A DNA stretch of 64,000 bases from contig OZ237771.1 of the NCBI GenBank assembly GCA_965178125.1, positions 372,001 through 436,000 on the forward strand, given 5' to 3'. The stretch is from Bilabrum cf. latius (taxonomy: Eukaryota). Numbering within the stretch: the stretch's first letter is position 1; each line of letters starts with the position of its first letter. Positions 12,371 to 24,356 of this stretch are shown one piece after another. The translations under genes were made by a program, and so were the position numbers. The notes beneath the pieces were generated by a model, which searched no databases, had not been told where the DNA came from, and worked only from the letters and a program-made list of their open reading frames with translations.

Positions 12371-15300
12371 TCAACTAGACCCGCTACTACCCCTGGAAGA
12401 GCGACGGTGCAGCTTGCGCCTAGACTTCCTCGGTTCACCTGCCCCTGCCCCTGCCATTGCACTGCCGTGCGATGCAACCTGATACTGCGCGGATGGTTCC
12501 CTGCTCCCCCCGCTCCCACGAGGCGGCGCCTTCCCCGCACCTACCCCTGCCGCAGCCCCGGGCCGCAGCCCCCACCCCCCGGCCCGCCCAAGCAAGGACA
12601 GCGACCCGAGCTGGCCCATCCCCGCACTCGTCACACCAACGCTCGTCACACCCACACCCCTGACCCTGGCTCCCGCCTTGGCCGCCATCGCCAGTCGACG
12701 GGCGGCCGCCCGCTTGGCCAGCGCCGGGTTGCCACCGTGCCGCCTCCCACTCAGGTCCAAAAGCGAAGAAGAAGATGACCCGCCGGGCGTGGCTGTCTCG
12801 ATTACCACCAGGTCTGAGGGCGCGGAAGCAGCCACGGGTGGATTGGGGTGTGACGAGTGCGACGCACCGCCGGCCTCCTTCCCGCGATGCTCCCGGCCGG
12901 TGTCGCGACGAGGACCGCGCCGAGCCGCCGGTGATTTCGACTCCGAGTCGCTTCCTTCAGCCCCAAGTGGGGGTGGAGATAGGCCCCTAGGTAGCTGGGG
13001 GTCGCCCAGCGATAGCCCCAGAAGCATGCTGCCCTCACTCGTCACACCACCATCCCCCGCATCCGTTGCAGCATTGAGCCTGCCCAGCCGCGCCGACCAC
13101 CCAGCCCCCCCACGCGAAGCACTCGTCACACTGCGGCCCGCCAAACCTGGGCTCATGCCGGCAGCGGGAGAGCCCATCGTCACGCCGTCAGCCTCTGCCG
13201 GCACGCCAGCGTACGGCGAACCGAACGATGCGTCGTACGGCGACCCAGCCCGCCGGCGATTCCGTCGTACGCTATCCGAGTCGGACTCGTGACCCCCCCT
13301 ACCGCCCCCTCGCGGAGATCCGGGACCCCTACCCCACAGTGGGGACACAGCAGTCCCCGACGGTGACTCGTACCCCGCATGCAGTGCATCGCCAGGGTGC
13401 ACCGCACTGTGGCGACGGGCTGCCGTGCCGTCGCCGGGTGCTCCGATCATGCCAGGGGGTTGCCTGCCTGTGAGCAAGTTGATGACCCGGCCATCGTGAC
13501 CCGCTGACGTGGTGGGCGCGATGGTGGCGCGCACCAGCCCTCCGCCGCTGTTTGCACCAGGCGTGCTTGAAGACGATGCGCTGCCGTGCAATGCACTCGT
13601 ACCTTGCTTCTGCCGGTCCTGCTGCGAGGGCCGGCCAGCACCCGAGTCGTCGCTGCCTGACGACGAATCGCTCGCGCTATGTGACGAGTGCGTCCAGCCA
13701 CGATTCCGAAGCAGGGGTGACCCGTCTGGCGGCACAGCCTCTGTCGTATTCCGTGCATTGGTGCCACTGACGTCATTTCTAACATCACCACCTTGACCCG
13801 TGACCCCACGCGCGTGCTGTGCACCGCCATTGTCATCTTCATCTTCGAATGCGTTGTACGCATCCCGCATGGTGGAGTCCACCGGTGGATCCCTCGCCCT
13901 CAGGCCGTCCACCCGTCGGTGGAATGACTCCAGCTCGGAAGGGGTAGGGGAGGGGGGCGATGGCCGTCCACTCCCATTTCCACTCCCGCTCCCTGCCATA
14001 CCTCTCTATCCGACCCCCACCGCGTCGACGACATCGACATCCTTGGTCCCAGCGCAAGAGCCAGAGGCAGCATGGCCCCCCGTGCCATGCCCCCCCGCAG
14101 CCCCTTCACCCCTATCATCATCATTGACCATGCCTGCCTGCCCTGCTTCGTGTTTTCCGACTCCCTTGCTCCCTAGTGAAGGTTCCCTGGTCCCCAGCAG
14201 CGAAGCTTCGTTGTCGACATCACCCACTTCCCCCCCCCAGGGAGCAACAAGCATATCACTCCAGTGCAGTGCACCCAGCGCCCTGTCCACTACATAGGCG
14301 CAAGGAGCAGCAGACATCACTACACCACTGGCGTGCTTTATGGCTCCGGATCGCATCCGTCGCTCCCTCCCGCGCGCCGCCGCCGCGAGCTGCAGCAAAT
14401 CCCGGGGCGCCACACTCGTCACGGCAGCATCCCCCCCAGCCAGCGCCACCACGTCACACGCAAGGGAAGTGCAGTCTCCTGCAGACGATGCTGCCCTCTG
14501 CCCCTCATCACTCGTCACACCGTGTCTAGGGTCCCCAACGCAGGCCACGGCACTAGCCCCAGTTGTCAGCGCCAGGCGCGCTGCCTCGGCGTGCGACACT
14601 GCCTCACTCGTCACACCTCCCGACTACCCCAGCCGCAGCCTGTGAGACATCCCCGCACGCGTACTGCTCTAGCCCGCGCCGTGTCCTGATTTGCTCCCTG
14701 AGGTGGCCCTCGCCCAAGCATCCAGCGCGGCGTTCAAGATCGAGCCTTCGCGAGCCTTGTCCAGCAGGCCGTCCCCAGCACCTCCATGCAATGCACTTGT
14801 ACCGTCCCCGGCAGCAGGCTCATCCCTGGAGGGGCGGCCTCGACGGCGCTTGCGACCGGCGAGCGACGGCTTTCCGTGGTGTGACGAGTGCAGTTCGAGA
14901 TCAAGACGAGCGCAGAGCTGCAAAGCCGGCAGCTGTAAGTGTTGCGATGTCCCGTCCTGGGTCCCGGTTGCAACCTAGCCACCGGTTGCAACCTAGCCAC
15001 CGCTGCTCCCACCGGTGTGGCAGAGCCATATGCCACCCTCGCTGGCACCTGCCGCCGTTGTACCTTCGCCGGATTCAATCGTCACACACGTATCGTCACT
15101 TCCCCAAGGCGTCCTCGCGGCAAGCGAGTTTGGATCGATGCTCCCACCGGCCCCGCGCGGTCCCGCGTGTGCCCTGGCCCCGCCCTCTGCCACCAGCACG
15201 GCCCTGGGGCATGGTGACCCGCCGCGAGCGGCCACCTCGGATGCAAGTGTGACGAGTGAGACGGGGCGCTACTGCAGCGCCCGCTGCATCCCCGGGTTGC

Positions 15301-15706
15301 TCATCTCGCAGCTTAGGCGAGCATCGAGCAGCTGCTCCAGCTGGTCCAACTCCTCGGCGAGGCCTTTCGAACTGGTCGCAACTCCGTCGGCGATCGCAGC
15401 AGCGCGTTCGTACCGAGCAACGGACGCACGGACATGTTTCGGCGGGCGGGCCTAGCTGCTAGTGTGACGAGTTCCGCTGGCCCCTACGCTCTGGCTCCCA
15501 TCGGCCGTCCGTCGTCGTCGAGCCGGAGAGGGTGTGGCAGCTGGATCCAACTGTGACTGCGCCCCAGCAGCACGCGAGCTCAGGGCCAGTTTTGAGGGCC
15601 TACTGCTGGTGATCATAGAGGGGAAAGGGTTCTGCAACAGCGCAGGCTAGCACTCGGCAGAATGGCTGCGGGGCAAGTTGAGGAGAAGCACCAAAACCAG
15701 TTGCAT
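12371..15706 (-). CDS. Large low-complexity (Gly/Ser/Ala-rich) hypothetical protein, about 1100 aa
   Basis: ORFs 15452..15637, 14993..15235, 14669..14923, 14006..14614 and 12371..13999 are all in one frame and separated only by TAG. Ends TGA at 12371. Start uncertain. Confidence 0.6.
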
Positions 15707-16237
15707 TCACATGCATGCTGAAGCGCCGCTGCCAAGTTACCTGCAAACTCACAGACCAAAGTTTTTGCTATTGTGATGGGCAAATACGCCGGACTGGGAC
15801 AGAACTCTAAGCAGATCATCAAGCTACCCCGCTTCGTCGTCAGATTGGCACAGTAAGCTGCAAATAGACTCTATACTGGCTCTTCCACTTGTACCAGCCC
15901 CTATTAATGCATCGGCGATTGTCTACAAGCTAATATTCAGGCGGCTGCTATTCAGATTCATCGCCAACCGGCCACTACAATGAATGTTGATCCTGCAATG
16001 GTCCTGATCAACGCATTGTTTGGTACGTATTCCCCAAGATCTTGCACAAGACGTAAGACAGATGTCAGCTCTATGAATCAGTGAAAACAACTACGACGGG
16101 CGACCGTATGAGTATTGGGAGCGCCTAATTCGCGGGATCCGTGATGAATGCGATTAAGCAGGAAGCTCCTTGTAGTACACGTTACTAAATGTCGAAGGCA
16201 ACTCCGCCACAAATTGAACCGTTTAGAGTCTCCTATC

Positions 16238-18024
16238 ATGCAGATAGCTCCCATCGTATCAAGCGTACTAATAATATCATGTGCGTTTGCCAAGATGTCC
16301 GTCGATCCTGACCGAAACCAGTTCGTTGATAGCGAGACAGGCCAGTATGTGCTGTTTCACGGTACAGCAGTTGAAAATGCCGCTGCCCCCGCGTACTTGG
16401 CTGATCAGCAGCTGGATATGATGAAAAAATGGGGATTTAACGTTCTCAGGGTCGGCTTTCACTGGCATTTGTACGAGACAGCCCCTGGTGTCTGGAATGA
16501 AACATACTTGGAGCAGGTTGCAGACCTCGTGAAACGCGTGGGAGAGCGCGATATGCTCGTTTTTCTCGACATGCACCAGGATTCATGGTCACCATTGTAC
16601 TGCGACGGGCACGGCATCCCATGGTTCTACGCTACGCCGTCAAACGACAGCGTGTACTGGGCCCCGAGCGGCAACCTAACTTTCCCGTGGCCCATCGCGG
16701 AGCCAGCGTACGCGAACCCACCCGACTGCTACGATGAGGCAGGTCACTGGTGCCGCGTGTCTGACTGCAGCAACGTGTCGAGCAGCATATTCAGCTGGGC
16801 GGGCACATACGCCACCGCGGCCCTCTCCTCCGGCGCCCAGCGCCTGTACTCGGATCACGCCGTCACGCAGGCATTCCTCGAGTTCTGGACGCGGGTCGCG
16901 AAGCGATTCCGGCAGCCCGACGTCGCCCCCCACATCCTCGCATACGAGCTCATCAACGAGCCGTGGCTCGGGGACATTTACGCGAACGTCTCGCTCCTAA
17001 TCCCGGGAGAGGCGGACAAGACCAACCTGCAGCCATTCTACGACACAGTGTCGGAGTCACTCCGAGAAACTGACCCCGACACAATATTGTTCTTTGAGCC
17101 CGCCACGGGCGGCAACATCCTGGACGCTCCCCCCGCAGGGCTGTCCCACCCGCCTGGAGGCATGGAGCATGCAGGCAAGAGCGCACTGAGCTACCACATC
17201 TACTGCCTTCTACTTGAGGCAGACATGCCAGTGAATCCCGTGAGTTGTAGATTGGTTACATTGCTCTGGATTTTGCACGGCTGTGCTCATACATATTCAG
17301 GGCCAGCCGGCCGGTTATAGTGCATGTTCCGGCCCCAGACCCATCCGCACTCGTCATCTTCTCATGCCCCCGCTCCCCACCGCAGCACCCAGGGAACAGC
17401 TCCACGGCGTGGCTGGAGTACGAAGCATGCGAATGGGGGAACAACATCCAGTTCAATGTCCGGCACAAGGACGTCAAGAAGCTTCGAGTGGCCGGTTTCC
17501 TTTCGGAGTTCGGTGCGGTGCGCGAGGCACCGCAGACCATCGACGTCCTCAGGTACACCACCCAGGCCATGGACGATCAGCTGACCAGCTGGGCCTACTG
17601 GCTCATCACGCCGTCCATGAACTCGTCACACCCCAACTGGGAGCCCAAATGGCTCTCGCGCACATACCCCCGCCGCAGCCCCGGCCCGCTCGTGGCGGTG
17701 AACTTCAACGATTCCACCGGGCACTTCAACTGCACCTTCCAGCCTAGTTCCTAGGCTAACATTGAAACCAGTGGCGACGGCGATTCATCTTCTGCTCTAG
17801 TTCGTGAGCTTGAGCTGTACGGCTCGAGCGAGTTCTACTATCCCCACGGGATTCAGTGGTCTGTCTCGCCCGCCGGTGCTCTGTCTATGGCCAGGCCATT
17901 CAATGCCAGCACGGGTTTGGCCACCTTCGCGCTTAAGGAAGGTGTGACGAGTGATGTCACGCTGACGGTGTGGCCGGCAGCCAGCTCGGCCGGTCGGGAC
18001 TACGAAAAGAAGCGGCGCAGCTGA
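16238..18024 (+). CDS. GH5 endoglycoceramidase-like hydrolase, secreted
   Basis: Signal peptide, WGFNVLRVGFHW, LDMHQD, AYELINEPW (acid/base) and FLSEFG (nucleophile). Intron 17240-17385. TAG at 17752 precedes a C-terminal beta-domain-like segment (ELYGSSEFYYPHG). Ends TGA at 18022-18024. Confidence 0.85.
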
Positions 18025-18258
18025 AGATGATCGGAGAGCAGCTGGTCGGCTTGATTGAAAGGGGCTGGGGGGTCTCTAGTGCCTCGGTGCCCTCGGGATC
18101 CCCACCTTATTGCTTGGAGTACGTGTCTGCTTGCGCAAATCAAAAATTGAATTGTTGCTTTTGAATGAAGATGAAGATTATAATGGCAACCTGCCACTTC
18201 CGGTGTGGCTGGAACGCTGTCGCTGTCGAGCTATTCCCGCCTGTAGTTCGACCGGATC

Positions 18259-21258
18259 ATGTCCGGTGGATTCTAGGATCTTGGCCTCTTGCCAGAACTC
18301 GTACGGGCGACATAGGATCTGGGATGGCTGTGAGAATAGTGGGTTGATTCTGCACCACGAGTGATTACGATGTTTTCCTATCTTGCATCTATCGAGCGTA
18401 GAATCACCTCGCGCAGGCTTCCAGCAGACGTCCAGGACGAAGCTATCCCCTTAATCATGGGAGGTGGAGATGTTCTCGTGGCTGCAGAGACGGGGAGCGG
18501 CAAGACTGGCGCTTTTGCACTGCCCGCTATCCATTTGGCTCATGAAATCAGACGCACGGCGAGGGACCGGGCACGAAAACCAAAAGAACTCCCTGCTGAA
18601 ATAAAGGCAGATGAGCCTAAGCCTGCTGCAGCCTCAGCCTCACCGGGCCGTGCCGACGACATGAGCTCAAAGCTTCGTCTCTCCCCAGATGACCGTAGCC
18701 CTCTGCTCGCCATCGATCCGTCAGGCCGAGTGTGCCAGTGCAGGCATCCCCACAACTGGGGCGGGGCCCGCTCCCAAGCAGGCCTGCGATGGGGCAAGGT
18801 CTATTTCGAGGCCAAGGTGGAAGACGAGGGGCTGGCTCGGGTGGGGTGGAGCACGGCAGCAGGATCGCTCGATCTGGGCACAGACAGGGCGGGGTGGGGT
18901 TTCGGGGGGACGGGGAAGAAGAGCCACGGGCGCCGGTTTGATGCGTACGGAACCGCCTACGGCCTTGGGGACGTCATCGGGTGCCTGTTGGACGTGAGAC
19001 AAGACGGATCCGGCGGCAGCGTCTCATTCAGTCGCAACGGGGAGTGCTTCGGGGAGGCATTTTCACTCCCCCAAGGGACGGGCGTGCTGTATCCTACAGT
19101 GTGCATGAAGAACGCGCAGCTGAAACTGTCGTTCGGCGGTCCGTAGGGCGGAGCTTTGGCGCATGAGCAGGCAGCGAGGGACATGGGGTATGTTCCGCTC
19201 GGGGACCCGGAATCGATGCGCGGCACCGCTGCGGAACTATCCGCGAGCCGCCCATCGGGTGCCGGCGCTGCCCATGGGGGCAAATCAGCCGGTGGAGGCG
19301 CCGCCTCTGGTTCTCTGCAGAGGTCCCCACTCGTGCTGATCCTCGAGCCGTCCAAGGACTTGGCAGAGCAGACGTACCGGGTGTGCCAGCAGCTGGCAGC
19401 TCATGTCAGCGACCCGCCCGTGCGATCTGTGCTTGCAGTTGGCGGCGGAGACACGAAGGCAGTGACCCGGAGCCTGAGGGAGGGGGTGGAGATTGTGGTG
19501 GGCACGCTTGGCAAACTCATGGATCTTGTCGGTGCGGGGCGGTCTGGCCGGCGGGGGGGTGGGGAGGGGAGAGGCGGCGGGGGCAGTAAGGGGGGTGGTG
19601 CCCCCCTGCTGGATCTGAGCGCCATTCGGGTGTTTGTCCTGGATGAGGCGGACAGGCTGTTCGGAGATTCGGAGGCGTCCGAGCAGGTGAGCCAGCTGTT
19701 CGATCGCATGGACAAGGGGGTGAGAACAGAGGGGGGTGCCAAGGAACGGCTGCAGGTCTGTTTCTTCAGCGCGACTCTGCATGCGCCCACCGTGCGTGAG
19801 GCAGCAGACAGCATGTGCCAGAACCCCGTGTGGGTAGATCTCAAGGGAAAAGATGCGGTCCCAGACACGGTGCACCACGTGGTTGTGCCTGTGGATCCGT
19901 ACATGGACTAGGGTTGGGCGAGACCCGATCACCAGGTCGTCACGGATGCGATGCACCGCCGTGACAAGGTGCGAGGTCGTTCTGGTGACTCCAAACTGAC
20001 GCCGGAAGAGGCCAGCGAAGGGCTCAAGCGGCTCAAGCCGGCCATGCTGGTGAGCCTGCTGGACCAGTTCAGCATGCCGCAGTGCATCGTGTTCTGCAGG
20101 ACGAATCTGGATTGCAGCAACCTGGAGAAATACCTCGTCGGGGCCTCTGGGGGCCGCAAGTTTCGGGGGCAGCAGGAGAAGGGTGCGGAAGGCAGGTACA
20201 GCTGCGCCGTTGTGGGCGGGAGGCGCTCCACGTCAGAGCGGCGCAAGGCGTTAGAGGCCTTCCGCAGCGGTGACGTCAGAGTGCTGATCTGCACGGACGC
20301 GGCAGCTCGTGGGATTGATGTCAAAGAGCTCCCCTTCATGGTGAACATGACTCTGCCGGATGAACCGGAGAACTACATTCACCGGATCGGCAGGGTGGGC
20401 CGCGCCGATCGCATGGGTCTTGCCATCAGTCTCGTATCGGCGGGTCCGCCCGAGAAGGTGTGGTTCTTCAAGGACAGGAAAGAAGACTACACAAACACGA
20501 AGCTCTGGCACAAGGGGGGTGGTGCCATCTGGTATGACGAGTGCAGGTGCCTGCGGGCAATCGAGCGCAGGATCGATTCCGGGAGGGCCGAAGAGGAGCC
20601 CGAAGCCGAGCTGAAGCACGGTGTGAAGGGAGGGGCAGGGGAGGGGGCCGCGTCATCGTCATCATCGCCGTCATCGTCATCGGCGGCAGCAGCTGCAGCA
20701 GGAACAGCAGCAGAGCCCATCCCCCGTATGCCTGGCAGGCCAAGCGGGGCACATGTCCACAGCGGCGGGGCAGTATTTTCCTCCTACAAATACACCCCAC
20801 CTCCGCACTTGCTCGCAGGGGGGTAGTACGGCGAGGAGAAAGCAGTGCAGGAAGGCCCCTCCACCCACGTGCTCTCCATCCAGGAGCAGGTGCAGTGCCT
20901 TGCGGGGATGGAGGTGCAGTCGCAGCTGTCCTACTTGGCCCTGTCCCGGTTTGTTCCCTCCAGGGAACAAGAGCCCCCGGAGCTCGTGTCGGAGGTGGTG
21001 GTGGGTGGACATGACCCTGGTGCAGCGCATGGGGGTGCGGGGACGGCCGGAGCCGCTGCTGTCAGCCAAACCGGTTCGTTCGGGGTAATTTCCAGCCGCG
21101 GTGGGGGTGCATTGCATGTCGGTGCACCGGCGTGGATGGGTGGCCGCGGGGCACTGGCGGGTGCGCCCGTTGGCGTTGAGGGCTTGGGGACCTACTCGAT
21201 CGCTGCTTCAGAGGGTGGGCCGAGGTAGGCCAAGCGAGCCAAGGTCGGGTACGATTGA
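18259..21258 (+). CDS. DDX1: DEAD-box RNA helicase DDX1 (with SPRY insertion)
   Basis: GWL|LPADVQDEAIPLIMGGGDVLVAAETGSGKTGAF, SPRY domain, LDEAD, SAT, ARGID and YIHRIGRVGRADRMGLAISLV. Intron 18330-18416. TAG at 18274, 18313, 19144, 19909, 20824, 21226. Ends TGA. Confidence 0.93.
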
Positions 21259-21467
21259 TATAACATATCACAAGAATCTGTGAATCTAGCTGGGTTACAG
21301 ACGCTGTGCATGTTTGCAAATTTCCGGCATGGGGCCGCGGTTCCGGTTTAGTACTCGCTGTTCAAGAACGACAACAAAACACATCAATATTAGACAAATT
21401 CTGACATTGACGCCTTTCAGTTGTGATCTAATTGGACATCTTACGTAGACATTCAATTCTACTCGGA

Positions 21468-24035
21468 ATGGGCGATGTAATCAAAGATTTGGTCAATCGG
21501 ATGCAATCGATGACTGTTGCAGAGCTTGGAGCAGCTCTAGCGGATCCGTTCGTACTCGAGAATATCGATGCAATTGATCAGGCGGTATGATGGATGCTTA
21601 ATGTCGTGTGATTGTTGCAAACCTCGAGCATGTGGATTGTCGAATTGGTTTTGCCCCATGCAAGCACCACGCAGTCTTGCATGAACATTCTGATGTCTTG
21701 CGTCATTTTCAACAGACTTGAGCTTGCAACAATGGTATTGAGTCATGGTGCAAATCCGAACCTGCAGAGTGTAAGTACCTGATAGTAGTACCGGCCTGTA
21801 GTTCATGGAATCCGATCCTTGCCTACATCTACTGTTTAGTCGACAATCGCACATGATTTAATACGTTCGGGTCGCTGCAGGATTCTTTCGGATCGCCTGT
21901 GTACGCGTGCTGCTCACGGAGGCGCTTGAAAGACCCTCTTCCTATGCTTCGTGTGCTCGTACGATGGGGTGCGAACGTCAACCAAGTCAACTATGTGAGG
22001 TCTCTGCTGAATGAGTAAACCTACCAATGACTTGATTTGTGCGAATAGAGCCATGAATCAGAACAGGATTGCAGGAGTATGCTCGCAGGGGTCATCCCTG
22101 CTCGCTCATGCCATGACAGCTGGGAGTGCTGGTGTTGTTGCGTACCTCGTATCGGTAGGGGCAAAAGTGGAATCCGTCTCTATGGTGAGCTTGGTATCCC
22201 CAACTTGAATGGTTGAAACAGCCATTTAAACAAAGGCGGGCTCCGAACACGCCTCCCAACCGCTTCGCTCATCCAAGTCATACAAGGTCGGCAGCTGCCA
22301 GCAGCTCCCCTTGTCCCGGCAATGCCTCCATGGCCTGCCCCCGACGCTGTGCCGCCCGTCACAGGTATATGGACACCCCACGCGGAAAATGGCATATGAT
22401 TACGCCGCACGATCGATGCGTGGCATTGCAAGAGCCATGAAACAGCATCCCGATGACCCAAAGAAGTGCATTCAGGCGATGCTAAAGTTTTGCAACTCCA
22501 GACAGCGGATCCAGATATAGAAAGCCATTGTCCACATTTCGACCCGTAGCGTCGTGCTATGCCTGTTTCGGCGAGCTGCGGACTGCAGGCGCGACTCTCA
22601 ACTTGTGTTCCAGGCAGCGAGCGAGGGCAGGCCGATGGAACTGGCGAGGCGAGTACGGCTAGGCTCGCTTGGGGGTGCGTTGAGCAGCTGTCAAGCACTG
22701 GACAACTGGCAATCGGCGCCCATCCTCACTGCACTGAGACCACACATCCCTGTTGCACATGGAGTCGCTTAGAGTGGCCCCACGGCGCAGGCTGTGCCTC
22801 GTAGGGGCACAGTTGGGGATGATGATTTTTGCATTCGATGCACGCCCCTCATCGCGGCAATGGTGGGGGGTCACGATGAGTGCGTGTCCGAGCTGCTCAC
22901 GGCAATTGTATCACTAGCCGCTGTAAGGAGCCGCAAGCTGCCCCCACCGAAAGATGTGGATGCAGCTAAGCTACACTGGCATCAGTCCAAGAGCGAGAGG
23001 CTAGCTAGTGCAATCGCAGATCTTGTGCAAGATCAACATGCAGTGGTGCCTGGAACAGGGCCTTCAATGCGCATGCCGGACCCGTCTGGCTGTTGCTTCA
23101 GGATTGATCGAGAGGAGGCGGAACCAGGGCCAGCACGTGGGGCCTCGATGGCGTCGGAGGGCGTTCATAAACATCGCCTTCGCCGGATAGGCATTGCCGA
23201 TGTGGCAGACATTCTTCGACGCAGCGGTAAGCCGTGCCCTTCCTTTGACGCCTGGGTCTCTAGGGAGCTTGCACCACGAGCCGAAGCTTCCATGTAGCAC
23301 CTTTGCACCTGCATGTAGCAGCATGAGCAGGCTCGCAGAACGATGACTGAGGCTATCGCAGTTGATGAAGCCCTACAGGCCGAACGGCCCATGCAGGAGG
23401 CGGAGCTCGAGAGATTCGGTCTTAAGATCCAAAGGCTTCGGCTCGAGCTGGCCCAGGCCAAGAAGGAGCAGCGTCGACTCCAGCAGAGCGTCAAGAAAGC
23501 AGAAGCCGCAGCGCTTGCAAGCCGCACAACAAAGACCACGGAGAGTGATGCTTTCAAGAAGCTGGAATCTGCATCATCTACGGCCGATACATTGCTTGGA
23601 ATGGTACAGAGAACTGCTGGGTCCAGTAGGTCAGGTGAGAACAAAACGATCTATGGATACCAAGGGAATAGCTCTTGCGTACCAGTGTGCTGATGAAGTC
23701 GCAAACAGTGCATGCAACCCTGTCGCGTCAGGTTCATGAAAATGTCTGGATCGTGGCCTTGCATATCCAGATGTAACGCGCTCACTACTAGCCCTCTGTG
23801 TCTACATTTCCCTTGTGTTGCAGACACTGCCCACCCTAGTGCCCGCAAGCTAGCTGCCGAGACAGTGGAGGCTGCTTCCTCTCGCCAGAGTATGACAGCA
23901 GCGGGTTCAGATGTTCCTCCTATGCCCGCTCTTTGCGCTATTAGATTGGAGGATCACTTCGAAGAGTTGACCGCGCGGATCCGGGCCAGGAGTGACCCTG
24001 CAGGGAGGGGGGACGGCGAAAGCACGACGTCATGA
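21468..24035 (+). CDS. Ankyrin-repeat protein with coiled-coil region
   Basis: Ankyrin-like segments LVRWGANVN, GSSLLAHA...LVSVGA and TPLIAAMVGGHDECVSELL. Predicted introns 21585-21880, 21995-22088, 22185-22364 and 23635-23823. TAG at 22518, 22770, 23295 and about 23316. Confidence 0.65.
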
Positions 24036-24189
24036 ATCTACAAGGTTTCACGACGCCAATCGCATCGGATTGTGATACTCCTATAGGTACCAGATCCGGG
24101 ATCGGATGACAAGATCTAGCCGCAGGTCAAGATCCAATTTGGATCCGGTGCGCCGTCTGGAGCTCAAGGATCGGATGCTACGTAGGCTG

Positions 24190-24236
24190 GCTGCGCAGGG
24201 GTCACGCTGCCTAGGGGTCACGCTGCGTAGGGGTCA
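24190..24236. repeat. Three tandem copies of a 16-bp unit GCTGCGYAGGGGTCAC in an intergenic region
   Basis: Seen directly: gctgcgcaggggtcac / gctgcctaggggtcac / gctgcgtaggggtca. Confidence 0.85.
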
Positions 24237-24356
24237 TGGAAGAATATAGAATTGTGGATCCCCAAGAAATAAATATAAGGGCACTATGATCCAATCGAGG
24301 CTACGAGCGTGTTCCACAACCTGCGGTACACTTTCCAGAGCATACAAGCTCGGAGA

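Noticed and set aside
12626-15472. Clustered GTGACGAGT copies as a CRISPR array or transposon termini
   Set aside because: The unit is only 9-12 bp, with irregular spacing and mixed orientation inside an open frame. No cas or transposase genes are present.
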